This document shows, piece by piece, positions 28,006 through 38,126 of a DNA stretch of 64,000 bases. The notes beneath the pieces were generated by a model. The model was given only the letters and a program-made list of their open reading frames with translations, had not been told where the DNA came from and searched no databases. Source of the DNA: an uncultured Gemmatimonadales bacterium (GTDB taxonomy: Bacteria > Gemmatimonadota > Gemmatimonadetes > Longimicrobiales > Longimicrobiaceae); contig OY970303.1 in NCBI GenBank assembly GCA_963716255.1, positions 640,001 through 704,000 on the forward strand, written 5' to 3'. Both the position numbers and the translations under genes were made by a program. The first letter of the stretch is position 1. Each line of letters begins with the position of its first letter.

Positions 28006-29034
28006 CTACGGCCGCCACTCCTCGCGCTCCAGCCCCTCCCCCCGCTCCGCCTCCATCACCCGGGCGGCATGCGTCCACAGCCCCTCCAGCAGCGGATCCA
28101 GCCCCCGCTGCGCGACCGAGGACACCAGAAACTGCCCCCACGCCCCCGGCGCCTCCACGCGCGGCGCCGGCCACTCCGGCGGCAGCAGGTCGCCCTTGGT
28201 GAACGCCACGCAGTGCGGCTTCGCGGCCAGCTCCTCGGAGTACGCCCGCAGCTCGGCCATGAGCTTGTCGTATTCCTGCTGCGGCTCCAGCGCGTCGGAG
28301 GGAATCATCAGCGCCAGCGTCCGCGTCCGCTCGATGTGGCGGAGGAACTGGTGCCCGAGCCCCTTGCCCTCGTGCGCCCCCTCGATGATCCCGGGGATGT
28401 CGGCGACGACGAAGGTGCGGCTCCCGGAAAGCTGCACCACCCCCAGGTTGGGCGTCAGCGTGGTGAACGGGTAGTCGGCCACCTTTGGCGTGGCGGCGGA
28501 GACCGCGGAAAGGAAGGTGGACTTGCCCGCGTTGGGCTCGCCCACCAGCCCCACGTCGGCGATCAGCTTGAGCTCCAGCTCGATCCGCCGCTCCTCGCCC
28601 TCCTCGCCGGGCTGCGCGTGCCGCGGCGCCTGGTGGGTGGCCGTGGCGAAGCGGGTGTTGCCGCGCCCGCCGCGCCCGCCGCGGGCGGCGACCACCTCGT
28701 CGCCCGGATCCACCAGCTCGGCCAGCGTCGCGCCGGTGTCGGCGTCGCGCACCACGGTGCCAGGCGGCACGCGCAGCACCAGGTCCTCGCCGCTGCGGCC
28801 GGTGCGGTTGCCGCCCTCGCCCTTGTTGCCGCGGTCGGCGGCGTAGTGCTGCCGGTAGCGGTAGTCCATGAGGGTGGAGAGCTGCGTGTCCACCCGCAGG
28901 ACCACGTCGCCGCCCTTGCCGCCGTCCCCGCCGTCGGGGCCGCCCATGGGCTCGTACGACTCGCGGCGGAAGCTGCTCACGCCCTCGCCGCCGCGCCCCG
29001 CCTTGATCTCGATGACCGCATGATCCAGGAACAT
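28006..29034 (-). CDS. obgE: GTPase ObgE/CgtA
   Basis: GGPDGGDGGKGG, GEPNAGKST, ADYPFTT and DIPG motifs. Confidence 0.97.
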   Translation of the reverse strand: MFLDHAVIEIKAGRGGEGVSSFRRESYEPMGGPDGGDGGKGGDVVLRVDTQLSTLMDYRYRQHYAADRGNKGEGGNRTGRSGEDLVLRVPPGTVVRDADTGATLAELVDPGDEVVAARGGRGGRGNTRFATATHQAPRHAQPGEEGEERRIELELKLIADVGLVGEPNAGKSTFLSAVSAATPKVADYPFTTLTPNLGVVQLSGSRTFVVADIPGIIEGAHEGKGLGHQFLRHIERTRTLALMIPSDALEPQQEYDKLMAELRAYSEELAAKPHCVAFTKGDLLPPEWPAPRVEAPGAWGQFLVSSVAQRGLDPLLEGLWTHAARVMEAERGEGLEREEWRP

Positions 29035-29066
29035 CTCTGACCGCCTTGATTTGAACTGCTTGGTTT

Positions 29067-29200
29067 GGGCGTGCCCCTCGCTGCCGCTCGGGTCGGGCTG
29101 CGCGCTGCGTAGAGAACGAGACTACCGTTCCCAACGCAGCCGAGCCCCGCGGAAACAACCCCGCGGGTCTCGGCCCTGCCGGGCGCGCATCCCTCACGCG
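29067..29200 (-). repeat. Family A multi-hairpin repeat (divergent subtype)
   Basis: Same layout; the base of H3 is CTGCG/CGCAG instead of CTCCG/CGGAG. Confidence 0.85.
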
Positions 29201-29214
29201 ACTGTCCCGTCGTT

Positions 29215-29257
29215 CTCCCCTCTCCCCTCGTGGGAGAGAGGACCGGGGGGTCAGGGG
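29215..29257. repeat. Family C REP-like palindrome overlapping a stop codon
   Basis: CTCCCCTCTCCCCTCGTGGGAGAGAGGACCGGGGGGTCAGGGG. Confidence 0.7.
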
Positions 29258-29865
29258 TTCGGCACGACGCGCTCGTGAACCTCGCCCCACAGCGACCTCA
29301 CCCGCTCCGCCGCCTCCGCGTCCAGGAAGCCGCACGCCACTTCCACCGCGGCGTCCACCTCGCCGGCGGAGGCGCCCGCGTTCAGCGCCCCGCGCAGGTG
29401 GGAGTGCAGCTGGCGCGGGGTGTTCCACACCGCCAGCAGCGCGGCGATGCACAGCTCCCGCGTCGCCAGCTCCAGCCCCGGCCGCCCGATCACGCGGCCA
29501 TAGCCGCCCTCCACCATCCAGCGGTCCATCTCCGGCTGCACCGCCGCCACGTTGGCGCGCAACCGGGGGTAGTTGGCCCCGTACACCCGCGCGCACACCT
29601 GCTCGCCGCGCCCGGTCCACCCCTCGCACGCCTCGCCCAGCGGCGCGGGGGCGGGGCGTCCGCTCGCCTCCCGCCAGAGGGCCAGGGCGGTGAGCGCGTC
29701 CGGAAAGCCCACGAACAGGTGCGATTGGAGAAGCACTTCCTCCGCGGCGTCCGGGTCCGCCTCCGCCGCGGCGCGCCGTACCGCCTCCCGCACCACGACC
29801 CCGTCGCGCGTGGCGAGCGCCGCCGAAAGGGCCACCAGCGCCTCTCGCGCCGCGTCCAGCTTCAC
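29251..29865 (-). CDS. carboxymuconolactone decarboxylase (CMD/AhpD-like) family protein
   Basis: YGRVIGRPGLELATRELC...QLHSHLRGALNAG; GTG start 29865. Confidence 0.85.
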   Translation of the reverse strand: MKLDAAREALVALSAALATRDGVVVREAVRRAAAEADPDAAEEVLLQSHLFVGFPDALTALALWREASGRPAPAPLGEACEGWTGRGEQVCARVYGANYPRLRANVAAVQPEMDRWMVEGGYGRVIGRPGLELATRELCIAALLAVWNTPRQLHSHLRGALNAGASAGEVDAAVEVACGFLDAEAAERVRSLWGEVHERVVPNP

Positions 29866-29869
29866 CGGC

Positions 29870-30880
29870 TCAGCTCTCCGGGCCGCGCAGCCGCACGTTG
29901 GGCCGCAGCTGGCCGACCACCTCGCCGCGGGTGTTGACCACGTCCGGGTACGCCAGGGCGTACATCGCACCGTAGTCGTCCTCGGAGATCAGGTCCAGCT
30001 CGCGGAGCACGCCCAGGATCGCGGGCGCCACGGCGCGGGTGGCGCCGTCCTCCACCTTGAGCGCCACCCCGATCTCGGCGCCCGGCACGCCCGCGCAGTA
30101 CACCCCCTCGGCGCCCACCTTGGCGAAGACGCGCCCCTCGGTGCGCCGCATGATCTCGGTGCAGAGCCTGCCCTTGCCGGCCACCATCTCCGGGTGCGAG
30201 GTCATTGCCCCCACCACCCGCGCGGGGGCACGCTCCCCGGCGCGCGCGGCGCGCGCCAGGTTCGCGTACGCCAGCGCCATGTTGCGCAGCGGGAGCGCGA
30301 AGCACACCACGCCGCAGCCGTCGTTGCCGCCGCCGATGGCCTCCGCGGGCATCTGCGCCCAGCGGGCCACCTCGCTTAACATGCGCAGCTGCACGGGGTG
30401 CTCGGGGCGGTTGTAGTCCTGCGTGTCCCAGCCGCGGGCGCGCGCCAGCGCCAGCATCCCGGCGTGCTTGCCCGAGCAGTTGTTGTGCAGGCGCACCGGC
30501 TCCAGCCCGGCCTCCTGGAGCTCGCGGCGGGTGGGCTCGTGGAAGGGGGGGTGCGGCCCGCAGGCCAGCGCCTCCGCGTCCAGCCCCGCCCTCCGCAGCA
30601 CCGACTCGGCGGCGGCGGTGTGGCGCGGCGAGCCCGCGTGCGAGCCGCACACCAGCGCGAGCTCGGCGTCGGTGATCCCGAAGCGGTCCACGGCGCCGTC
30701 CTCCACCACCGCCACCGCCTGGAAGGGCTTCGCCGAGGAACGCCAGAAGGTGAAGGTCTCCGGGTCGCCGGAGTACGCGCGCAGCTGCCCCTCCGCGTCC
30801 ACCACCGCCACGTGAAGGCGGTGGCGCGACTCCACCACCCCGCCACGAACCACGTCCACCGTGCAGTCGATCTCGTTCAT
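29870..30880 (-). CDS. L-asparaginase II family (Rhizobium AnsA-type) protein
   Basis: VRGGVVESRH, RSSAKPFQ, CGSH, NNCSGKH, DGCG and KVGAEG motifs. Confidence 0.9.
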   Translation of the reverse strand: MNEIDCTVDVVRGGVVESRHRLHVAVVDAEGQLRAYSGDPETFTFWRSSAKPFQAVAVVEDGAVDRFGITDAELALVCGSHAGSPRHTAAAESVLRRAGLDAEALACGPHPPFHEPTRRELQEAGLEPVRLHNNCSGKHAGMLALARARGWDTQDYNRPEHPVQLRMLSEVARWAQMPAEAIGGGNDGCGVVCFALPLRNMALAYANLARAARAGERAPARVVGAMTSHPEMVAGKGRLCTEIMRRTEGRVFAKVGAEGVYCAGVPGAEIGVALKVEDGATRAVAPAILGVLRELDLISEDDYGAMYALAYPDVVNTRGEVVGQLRPNVRLRGPES

Positions 30881-31788
30881 CTCCTCCCCACTCCGAGCAG
30901 GATTCCGCAGAGGATCAGGCCCCCGCCGGCGAGCGCGGCCGGGGGCGGAGCTTCGGCGATGGCCGGGAGCAGCCAGGCGATCAACGTCGCCCCCACCGGC
31001 TCCCCCAGCAGCGACAGGTTCACCACGTACGCCGGCAGGTAGCGCAGCGCCCAGTTCTGCCCGGTGTGCCCCACCAGCATGGGCCCCGCGGCGAGGCCGG
31101 CGAACACCGCCCATTCCCGCGGCGCGTAGCCCGCGAGCGGGACGTCCGCGAGCCCCATCACCGGCAGCAGCGCGAGCGCCGCGCACCCGTACACCACGCC
31201 CACGAAGGGCCAGATGTCGATGCGCGCGCGCAGCCTGCGGCCGATGACGTAGTACCCGGCCACCAGCACAGCGCCGGCCAGCGCCAGCAGGTCGCCGCGC
31301 AGCGGGTCGGCCCCGCCGCGGAAGTCGCCCCAGCCGATCCACGCCGCGCCGGCCACCGCCAGCAGGATCCCCGCCCACTGCCTCCGGCCCGGCTGCTCAC
31401 GCAGGAAGAGGGCCGACAGCACCGCCACGAAGATGGGCGCGGTGGAGACCAGCACCACCGACGCGGCGACGCTGGTCAGGCCGATGGACGCGATCCAGGT
31501 GGCAAAGTGGCCGGCCAGGAACACCCCCGCCAGCGCGGCAGTCGCCAGGTCGCCGCGCGACAGGCGGCGGAGCGCGCCCCACTCGCCGCGCGCCGTCAGC
31601 ACCCCCGCGATCAGCACGACCGAGAACGCCAGCCGCCAGAAGGAGATCGCCAGGGCGGGCGCGGTGGAGAAGCGCACCAGCGGCGCCGCCCAGCTGATGG
31701 CCAGCACCGACACCAGCAGCACCAGCGCCGGCGGGACCGGCGGCTGCCCCGCGCGGACGCCGGGCACGGCGGCCTCGCTCACCGCCAT
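30877..31788 (-). CDS. DMT/EamA family transporter
   Basis: About 10 hydrophobic segments; HFATW, TSVAAS and GEPVGA motifs. Confidence 0.88.
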   Translation of the reverse strand: MAVSEAAVPGVRAGQPPVPPALVLLVSVLAISWAAPLVRFSTAPALAISFWRLAFSVVLIAGVLTARGEWGALRRLSRGDLATAALAGVFLAGHFATWIASIGLTSVAASVVLVSTAPIFVAVLSALFLREQPGRRQWAGILLAVAGAAWIGWGDFRGGADPLRGDLLALAGAVLVAGYYVIGRRLRARIDIWPFVGVVYGCAALALLPVMGLADVPLAGYAPREWAVFAGLAAGPMLVGHTGQNWALRYLPAYVVNLSLLGEPVGATLIAWLLPAIAEAPPPAALAGGGLILCGILLGVGRR

Positions 31789-31942
31789 CCCGCGGCCGGA
31801 CCGAGGAGCCGGGGAATATACGGCGCGCGACCGGGAGGAGCCACGTCTTCCGCCGTGAGCCCGCCGCAAACGCGACGGAGGAAGGGCACCGTGGGTGCCC
31901 TTCCTCCGTTTCCGGCCCGCCGGGACGGGACCGCCGCCTGCT

Positions 31943-33598
31943 TCACCGGGCGCGGGCCGGGGTGGTGCGGGACACCGGCTGGGCCGGGACGAGCCGCAGC
32001 AGCGCCGACGGGCTCTCGGCCCGCTTCAGCAGCGCGAAGGCGTCGGCCACGGCGCGGTCCGCCACCGTCACCCGCTGCGCCGCGGCGTTGGCGCCGAACT
32101 TGTGCTGCACCACCTCCTGGCCGATGCGGCGCTCGATGAAGGTGCGCGCCCCCTCGTACTGCTCCGGGGTGATCGCAAGGTTGGCCGCGCGCAGCCGGTC
32201 GTAGAACTCGCGCCGCATCTCCGGCGTGACCGCGAAGTCGGGGCGGAGCTGCGGGTTCTGCCGGCCGTACTCGATGGCGTAGCGGAAGAGCACGTCGTTG
32301 AACACCGCCCCGCCCTTGGATGCCGCGCGGAAGAAGTCCTGCTCCGCCACGGTGGCCGTGTCCGGGCGGACCATCAGGTCCGGGACGATCCCGCCGCCGC
32401 CGTAGACGACGCGGCCCGTGGCCGTGCGGTACGGCCGGGTGGTGTCCGACTGCGCGCCGGGGATGGGCGTCCCCTCCTCGTCCACCGCCCCGGTGGCGGC
32501 GGCCATGGTGGCCCGCGCGTCGCCCGCCTTGGGAAGGTCCTTCTGGATGGAGCGGCCCACCGGGGTGAACCACTTGGAGGTGGTCACCTTGAGGAAGTTG
32601 CCCCCCGAGAGCGGGAAAAGGTCCTGCACCGAACCCTTGCCGTAGGAGCGCGCGCCGAGCACCACCGCCCGGTCGTGGTCCTGGAGCGCCCCGGCCACGA
32701 TCTCCGCCGCGCTGGCGCTGTACTCGTCCACCAGCACCACGATGGGCATCTCCGGCGCGATCTCGCCGCCCCGGGCGCGCGCCACCGTGTTGTCGGCCGC
32801 GGTGCGGCCCCGGGTCTCCACCACCGCCTGGCCGGGCTTCAAGAAGAGCTCGGACACGCCGACGCCCTGGTCCAGCAGCCCGCCCGGGTTCTCCCGCAGG
32901 TCGAAGATCAGCTTCTTCATCCCCTGCCCGCGCAGCCTTTCCACGTTCTCGCGGACTTCCCTGGCGGAGGCCCCGCTGAAGATGGACAGGTTCACGTACC
33001 CCACCCCGTCGCCCATCATGAAGGCGTAGGGGACGGAGCTGAGGTGGATCTCCTCGCGCGTGATGCTGAAGGGAATGGGCTGCTCGACGCCGATGCGGAC
33101 GATCTTGACGTTCACCGGGGTCCCGCGGGCGCCGCGGAGCACCTTGACCGCCTGGTCGCTGTCCCACCCCCTGGTGGAGCGCCCCGCGATCTCGATCATG
33201 CGGTCGCCGGCGCGCAGCCCGGCCCGCTCGGCCGGGGTGCCCGGGAGCGAGGCGAGCACCGTCACCCACCCGTCGCGCTCCACGATCTGCGCCCCGATCC
33301 CGGCGTACTCGCCGGACATCGTGGTGTAGAACTCGTTGAACTCCTCGGGGGTGAGGAAGGAGGTGTGGGGATCGCCCAGCTCCTCGATCATCCCCTCGGT
33401 GGCCATCCGGTACAGGTCGCCGCTCTGGGGACGGTCGACGAAGCGCTCGGAGAGCAGGGTCATGACCTCGTCGAAGACGCGGGCCTGCTCGTAGATGTTC
33501 TTCTGGTCGGAAACGCCCTGCTGCAGGAGCCACCCGCCGGAAACGAGTGCGACTCCCGCGACCAGGGCGGGCGCGACGACGGTGCGCTTGAGCTTCAT
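31943..33598 (-). CDS. carboxyl-terminal processing protease (S41A, CtpA/Prc-like)
   Basis: Signal peptide, DPHT, PDZ domain, DLRENPGGLL, SASAAEIVAGALQD and YGKGSVQ motifs. Confidence 0.93.
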   Translation of the reverse strand: MKLKRTVVAPALVAGVALVSGGWLLQQGVSDQKNIYEQARVFDEVMTLLSERFVDRPQSGDLYRMATEGMIEELGDPHTSFLTPEEFNEFYTTMSGEYAGIGAQIVERDGWVTVLASLPGTPAERAGLRAGDRMIEIAGRSTRGWDSDQAVKVLRGARGTPVNVKIVRIGVEQPIPFSITREEIHLSSVPYAFMMGDGVGYVNLSIFSGASAREVRENVERLRGQGMKKLIFDLRENPGGLLDQGVGVSELFLKPGQAVVETRGRTAADNTVARARGGEIAPEMPIVVLVDEYSASAAEIVAGALQDHDRAVVLGARSYGKGSVQDLFPLSGGNFLKVTTSKWFTPVGRSIQKDLPKAGDARATMAAATGAVDEEGTPIPGAQSDTTRPYRTATGRVVYGGGGIVPDLMVRPDTATVAEQDFFRAASKGGAVFNDVLFRYAIEYGRQNPQLRPDFAVTPEMRREFYDRLRAANLAITPEQYEGARTFIERRIGQEVVQHKFGANAAAQRVTVADRAVADAFALLKRAESPSALLRLVPAQPVSRTTPARAR

Positions 33599-34339
33599 TC
33601 AGCCTCCGGATGTGCCTTGACCGGGGTGGGGGCCGTCTCCCGGGGCGGGAGCGCCGGTCTCGCGCTTGATAAACCCACTTCCGCGAAAAGTTTCTGGGAG
33701 CCGGGAGTCCAGCGCGGCGAGCACGCGCCGGTGCACTTCGGCCTCGGCGCCGAGCGCGTCCACCCGCACGATGCCCCGCACCTGGCGCGCCAGCTCCCGG
33801 TACCCCGCCGCCACGCGGGCGTGGAAGGCGGCGTCCTCGCGCTCCATGCGGTCCTGCGACTTGCCGGCCTCCCGCTGGCGGCGGGCGCCCTCCTCCGGCT
33901 CCAGGTCCAGCAGCACGGTAGCGTCGGGCTCCGTCCCCCCGGTGGCGAAGCGGTTGCAGGCGCGCACCTCGTCCAGCGGGAGCCCCCGTCCCGCGCCCTG
34001 GTACGCCAGGGTGGAAAGCTCGAAGCGGTCGGCGATGACCACCTCGCCGCGCGCCACGGCGGGGCGCACCACCTGCTCCACGAAGGCGGCGCGCGCGGCG
34101 AGCATCAGGAACAGCTCGCTCCGCGCGGGGACGCCGAGCCCCAGGTCGGCGAGGACGGTCTCCCGCACCCGCTCGCCCAGCGGCGTGGAGCCGGGCTCGC
34201 GCGCCACCGTGACCGTGGCGCCGGCGGCGCGCAGCGCGTCGGCCAGCAGGCGCACCTGGGTGGTCTTCCCCGCCCCCTCGACCCCTTCGAGGGCAAGGAA
34301 CAGGCCGCGGCGGGGGGCTGCGGCGGCGGCGTCCGTCAT
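33599..34339 (-). CDS. tmk: thymidylate kinase
   Basis: LEGVEGAGKTTQ, REPG and ADRF..STLAYQG motifs. Confidence 0.95.
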   Translation of the reverse strand: MTDAAAAAPRRGLFLALEGVEGAGKTTQVRLLADALRAAGATVTVAREPGSTPLGERVRETVLADLGLGVPARSELFLMLAARAAFVEQVVRPAVARGEVVIADRFELSTLAYQGAGRGLPLDEVRACNRFATGGTEPDATVLLDLEPEEGARRQREAGKSQDRMEREDAAFHARVAAGYRELARQVRGIVRVDALGAEAEVHRRVLAALDSRLPETFRGSGFIKRETGAPAPGDGPHPGQGTSGG

Positions 34340-34364
34340 GGGGCGAAGCGGTGCGGTGGGAAGG

Positions 34365-35492
34365 TCAGGAAACGGCGGCGGCCGGGTGCAGCGGGAGGAC
34401 GAAGTGGAAGTCGCTCCCCGCGCCGCGGGCGCTCCGCACCCAGATGCGGCCCCCGTGCGCCTCCACGGCCAGCTTGCAGAAGGTGAGGCCCAGCCCGGAG
34501 GAGCTCTGCCCCGCGGGGACGCTGCCGTACTTGCGGAAGATGACGTCCTGGAACTCGTCGGCGATCCCCGCCCCGTCGTCGGAAACGGTGAAGCGCACGC
34601 CGCTCTCCTCCTCGGGCTCGGCGCGGAGGCGGATGCGCACCCCGTCGCCGCCGTGGCGCATGGCGTTGCCGATCAGGTTGCCCAGGACGCGGCGGAGCAG
34701 GTGCTCGTCGGCGCGCACCGAGACCGCGGGCGAGGCGTCCACCGCCACGGAGGAGCCCCGCCGCTCGGCCGGGAGGCGCCACTCCTCCGCCACCTCGTCC
34801 AGCAGGCTGTCCACCTCCAGCTCGCGCAGCTGCAGGCGCACCTCCGACTCCTCCAGCCGGGCGATCTCCAGCAGGTTGTCCACCATGCGCAGCATGTCGT
34901 CGCCGCGCTCGCGGGCGTCGCCCAGCAGGCGCTTCTGCCGGGGCGACAGCGCCCCCAGGTCGCCCTCCACCGCCAGCTCCAGCGTGCCGATGATGGCGGA
35001 AAGGGGCGACTTGAGGTCGTGGACGATCATCCGCGTCAGGTCGTCGCGGAGCTGCTCCAGCTCCTGGAGCTTGCGGTACGAGCGCTCCAGCTCGTCGCCC
35101 GCGGCCTTGAGGCGCAGGAGCGAGCGGATGCGGGCCAGGAGGAGCGGGCGGTTGAAGGGCTTGGTGAGGAAGTCGTCGCCGCCGGCCTCGATGGCGCGGA
35201 GCTTGTCCTCGCTGTCGGAAAGGGCGGTGACGAAGACCACGGGGATGCCGGAGGTGTCCGGGTCGGCCTTGAGCCGGCGGCACACCTCGATGCCGTTCAT
35301 CCCCGGCATCATCACGTCCAGCAGGACCAGGTCGGGCGAGCGCTCCCGGGCCGCGCGGAGCGCCTCCTCGCCCGAGAAGGCGCCGGTCGTGCGGTAGTCC
35401 ATCGCCCCCAGCAGGTCGCAGAGCAGCTCGACGTTGACGGGGTCGTCGTCCACGACGAGCAGGAGCGGGGCCTCGCCGGAGGGTGTGCTCAC
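34365..35492 (-). CDS. hybrid response regulator-histidine kinase (REC + HisKA + HATPase)
   Basis: VVDD, LLDVMMP, KPF, HDLKSPL, NLIGNA and GLGL motifs; GTG start overlaps the upstream stop. Confidence 0.92.
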   Translation of the reverse strand: MSTPSGEAPLLLVVDDDPVNVELLCDLLGAMDYRTTGAFSGEEALRAARERSPDLVLLDVMMPGMNGIEVCRRLKADPDTSGIPVVFVTALSDSEDKLRAIEAGGDDFLTKPFNRPLLLARIRSLLRLKAAGDELERSYRKLQELEQLRDDLTRMIVHDLKSPLSAIIGTLELAVEGDLGALSPRQKRLLGDARERGDDMLRMVDNLLEIARLEESEVRLQLRELEVDSLLDEVAEEWRLPAERRGSSVAVDASPAVSVRADEHLLRRVLGNLIGNAMRHGGDGVRIRLRAEPEEESGVRFTVSDDGAGIADEFQDVIFRKYGSVPAGQSSSGLGLTFCKLAVEAHGGRIWVRSARGAGSDFHFVLPLHPAAAVS

Positions 35493-36712
35493 CGCCCCAG
35501 CAGGGTCAGCGACAGCGTCATGCGCCAGTACGACTCGTCGAGGACGCTGTCGCCCCCGCCGCGCCACCCGCGCTCGCCCCCCAGGTCCATCTGCGCCGCG
35601 CCGCCGGCCAGGCGGGCGCCCAGCCCCGCCGTCAGCGCTTTCTCGCTGGGGAAGGCGGCGCCCGCGCTTTCCGGCCCCCAGCGGAAGGGGAGGGTGGCGT
35701 ACCGCGCGCCCAGGCGCAGCGGGAAGGAGCGCTCCTCGGGGGTGGACGGGCCCAGCTCCACCCCGCCCGCCACCATCCACGAGTCCCGGGCGCCGCCCGC
35801 GCGCGCCAGGTCCTCGTCGGCGGCGGACCACCCGGCCCACTGCGCGTTGAGCACCACCAGCGCGCCGGGGGTCACCCGCCCGCTCGCGCCCACGTCGAAG
35901 GTGAGCGGGAGGGCGTAGTCCCTGCCCACGGACAGGCTGTCGGCGTCGCTGGCGGGGCGCCCCTCCAGGGTGCCGCCCGCCGTGACCGACGCCGCCACGT
36001 TGAGCGCGTCCGTGGGGACCCAGCGCACCCCCAGCGAGGCCCCCAGCGCGCGGTACGACCACTCGGTGGTGTAGGAGGTCGCGAGCAGGTCGGTGCTCCC
36101 CGGCACGGTGTCGCCGCGCGCGAAGCGGCGGCTCAGCGTGTCGCGCACCGAGCCGGTGTACAGGTCGCCGCCCACGCCCACGGAAAAGCGCTCGGTGAAC
36201 GAGTACGCCGCCCCCGCGCGGATCCGCGTGACCCCGCCGCGCGAGGTGAAGCGGTCGACGATCGCCACGTCCCGCCCGGGGAGCGCCAGGGTGTCCTGGT
36301 TCTCCACCGCCCAGGTCTGGTCCAGGTACGAGCCGAACCCCGCGGAAAAGGTCCACCGCGTGCCGAACGGGAACACCGCGTTGAGGAGCGGGAAGCGCGC
36401 CGTGCTCCCGTCGGTGTCCTGCCCGGGGAGCGAGCTGGTGTAGAAGTCGGGCTGGAATGCCACGGTGATCGCCGGGGCCGGGAGCGCCGCGATCGCCGCG
36501 GGGTTGATCAGCGAAAGGCCGCCGCCGGGAAGCGCCAGCGCCGCGCCGCCCAGCGCGCGGGCCCGCCCGTCGATGGGCGGATTGACATAGCCCAGCCCGC
36601 GGCTGGCGAGGAGCGACTGCGCCGCGGCGGGCGCGCTCCCCGCGAGCAGCGCCGCCCCGGCGAGGAGGAGCGCGGCCGGGCCGCGGACGATGTGTGTCTT
36701 CATGGGTCTCAT
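35489..36712 (-). CDS. putative outer-membrane beta-barrel protein (FadL/PorV-like)
   Basis: Signal peptide ending AAAQ; ARALGG and NPAA motifs; alternating beta-strand pattern. Confidence 0.7.
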   Translation of the reverse strand: MRPMKTHIVRGPAALLLAGAALLAGSAPAAAQSLLASRGLGYVNPPIDGRARALGGAALALPGGGLSLINPAAIAALPAPAITVAFQPDFYTSSLPGQDTDGSTARFPLLNAVFPFGTRWTFSAGFGSYLDQTWAVENQDTLALPGRDVAIVDRFTSRGGVTRIRAGAAYSFTERFSVGVGGDLYTGSVRDTLSRRFARGDTVPGSTDLLATSYTTEWSYRALGASLGVRWVPTDALNVAASVTAGGTLEGRPASDADSLSVGRDYALPLTFDVGASGRVTPGALVVLNAQWAGWSAADEDLARAGGARDSWMVAGGVELGPSTPEERSFPLRLGARYATLPFRWGPESAGAAFPSEKALTAGLGARLAGGAAQMDLGGERGWRGGGDSVLDESYWRMTLSLTLLGR

Positions 36713-38040
36713 GGAAGCGCCGGCCGCGCGGGAAGCGTGTAGACGATGCGCAGGCGCGGCGCCGCGGTGAACCACGCCGCGCCGAAGCTGAGGGACCGGG
36801 GAACGCCGAAGAGCGTGCCCGGGTCGCTGAGCAGCGCCAGCGAGAAGCGGGTGGTGTCGCTGGCCACCTGGTTGCTCGCGAAGCTGGTCAGCGGCACCGC
36901 CAGCACCGAGTCGGCCGGGACGAAGCGCGACCCCCCGTACACCGGCCGGCTGTTCAGGTCCAGCCCGATGATCTCGTTGACCACGTCGCCCAGCGGGGCG
37001 CGGCGCCCCAGCTCCGGCTCCGCCACCCGGCGCAGCGCGATGGGCACGGGCGCCACGGGGCGGAAGCCGCCCGGGACCGCCGTGGGGGTGAGCAGGAGCG
37101 ACACCTCGTTGAGCGTCACCTCGCGGGTGGCGACGCGGGCGCAGGCACCGCTCTGGCACCCGGGGAGCGTACCGGGAAGCTGCACCCGGAGCAGCGTGCG
37201 CGCCGAGCGGATCCCTCCCGCCTGGAGGATCCCGGCCGCCGGCGAGGGCTGGTCGGGGTCGAAGACGAACCGCGCCGCCGTGGGCGACACGTTCACCGCG
37301 AGCACCGTGTCCGGCGACGCGCTGCGGGGGTGCGCCCCGGTGCGGAGCTGGATCCCGCCGGCCAGGAGCTGCACGCGCCCCTGCGCGCCGGTCGCGGTGA
37401 TCAGCAGCCCGGGGAAGCCGGTGCGCGCGATGCGCTGGACCGCCAGCGAGTCCAGCGCGAAGACCACCGAGTCGCCCGCGGCGCGAGCCCCGGTGGTCAG
37501 CGTGGCGCTGGAAAGCAGCGCGGCGCGCGAGCCGCCCGGCTGCGTCCAGCGCACCTGCCCGCCCACCGTGTCCACCGCGAACGCCCACGAGACCGTGGCC
37601 GGGTGCCACGCCTGCCCCACCTCCCAGAGCTGCAGCTCGATGGGCCCGGCGGAGGTGGAGGCGACGCTGTCCAGACGCGCCACCAGCGCCCCGCGGCCCA
37701 GAGTGGCGAGACTGTCCGTCTTTGCCGTCCCGCCCTGGGTGTAGCTGAACGAGGCGGGGAACGCGGCGAGCGTCACCAGCGTGTTCGCCTGGAGGGTCCC
37801 GTCGAAGCGGTTCGCCACCAGCTGGTAGTCCGCGTCGCCGGGGCCGGAGTACCCGGTGAAGCTGCCGAGCTGCTGGAAGAAGCTGTCCGCCGGGAGAACC
37901 ACCTGGAAGGTGGAGGGGAGGCTTCCCGGGAAGACCTCCCCGCCGGTGGCCGTGGGGGGGTCGTCCGTGCAGGCGACCGCCGGAAGGGACAGGAGCGTGG
38001 CGCAGGCCAGCGCCCTCCCGAGGCTGAAACGACGTCGCAT
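36709..38040 (-). CDS. hypothetical lipoprotein
   Basis: [24 protein letters not shown] lipobox; beta-rich mature region; stop overlaps the barrel gene start. Confidence 0.75.
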   Translation of the reverse strand: MRRRFSLGRALACATLLSLPAVACTDDPPTATGGEVFPGSLPSTFQVVLPADSFFQQLGSFTGYSGPGDADYQLVANRFDGTLQANTLVTLAAFPASFSYTQGGTAKTDSLATLGRGALVARLDSVASTSAGPIELQLWEVGQAWHPATVSWAFAVDTVGGQVRWTQPGGSRAALLSSATLTTGARAAGDSVVFALDSLAVQRIARTGFPGLLITATGAQGRVQLLAGGIQLRTGAHPRSASPDTVLAVNVSPTAARFVFDPDQPSPAAGILQAGGIRSARTLLRVQLPGTLPGCQSGACARVATREVTLNEVSLLLTPTAVPGGFRPVAPVPIALRRVAEPELGRRAPLGDVVNEIIGLDLNSRPVYGGSRFVPADSVLAVPLTSFASNQVASDTTRFSLALLSDPGTLFGVPRSLSFGAAWFTAAPRLRIVYTLPARPALP

Positions 38041-38126
38041 CAAGTGATCCGCTCTGGAATGTTCTCGCGCGGCGGGACGCTCGGGTCCGCCGCGCCGGGG
38101 AGCCGCGGGGCGCGAAGCCTCGAGGC

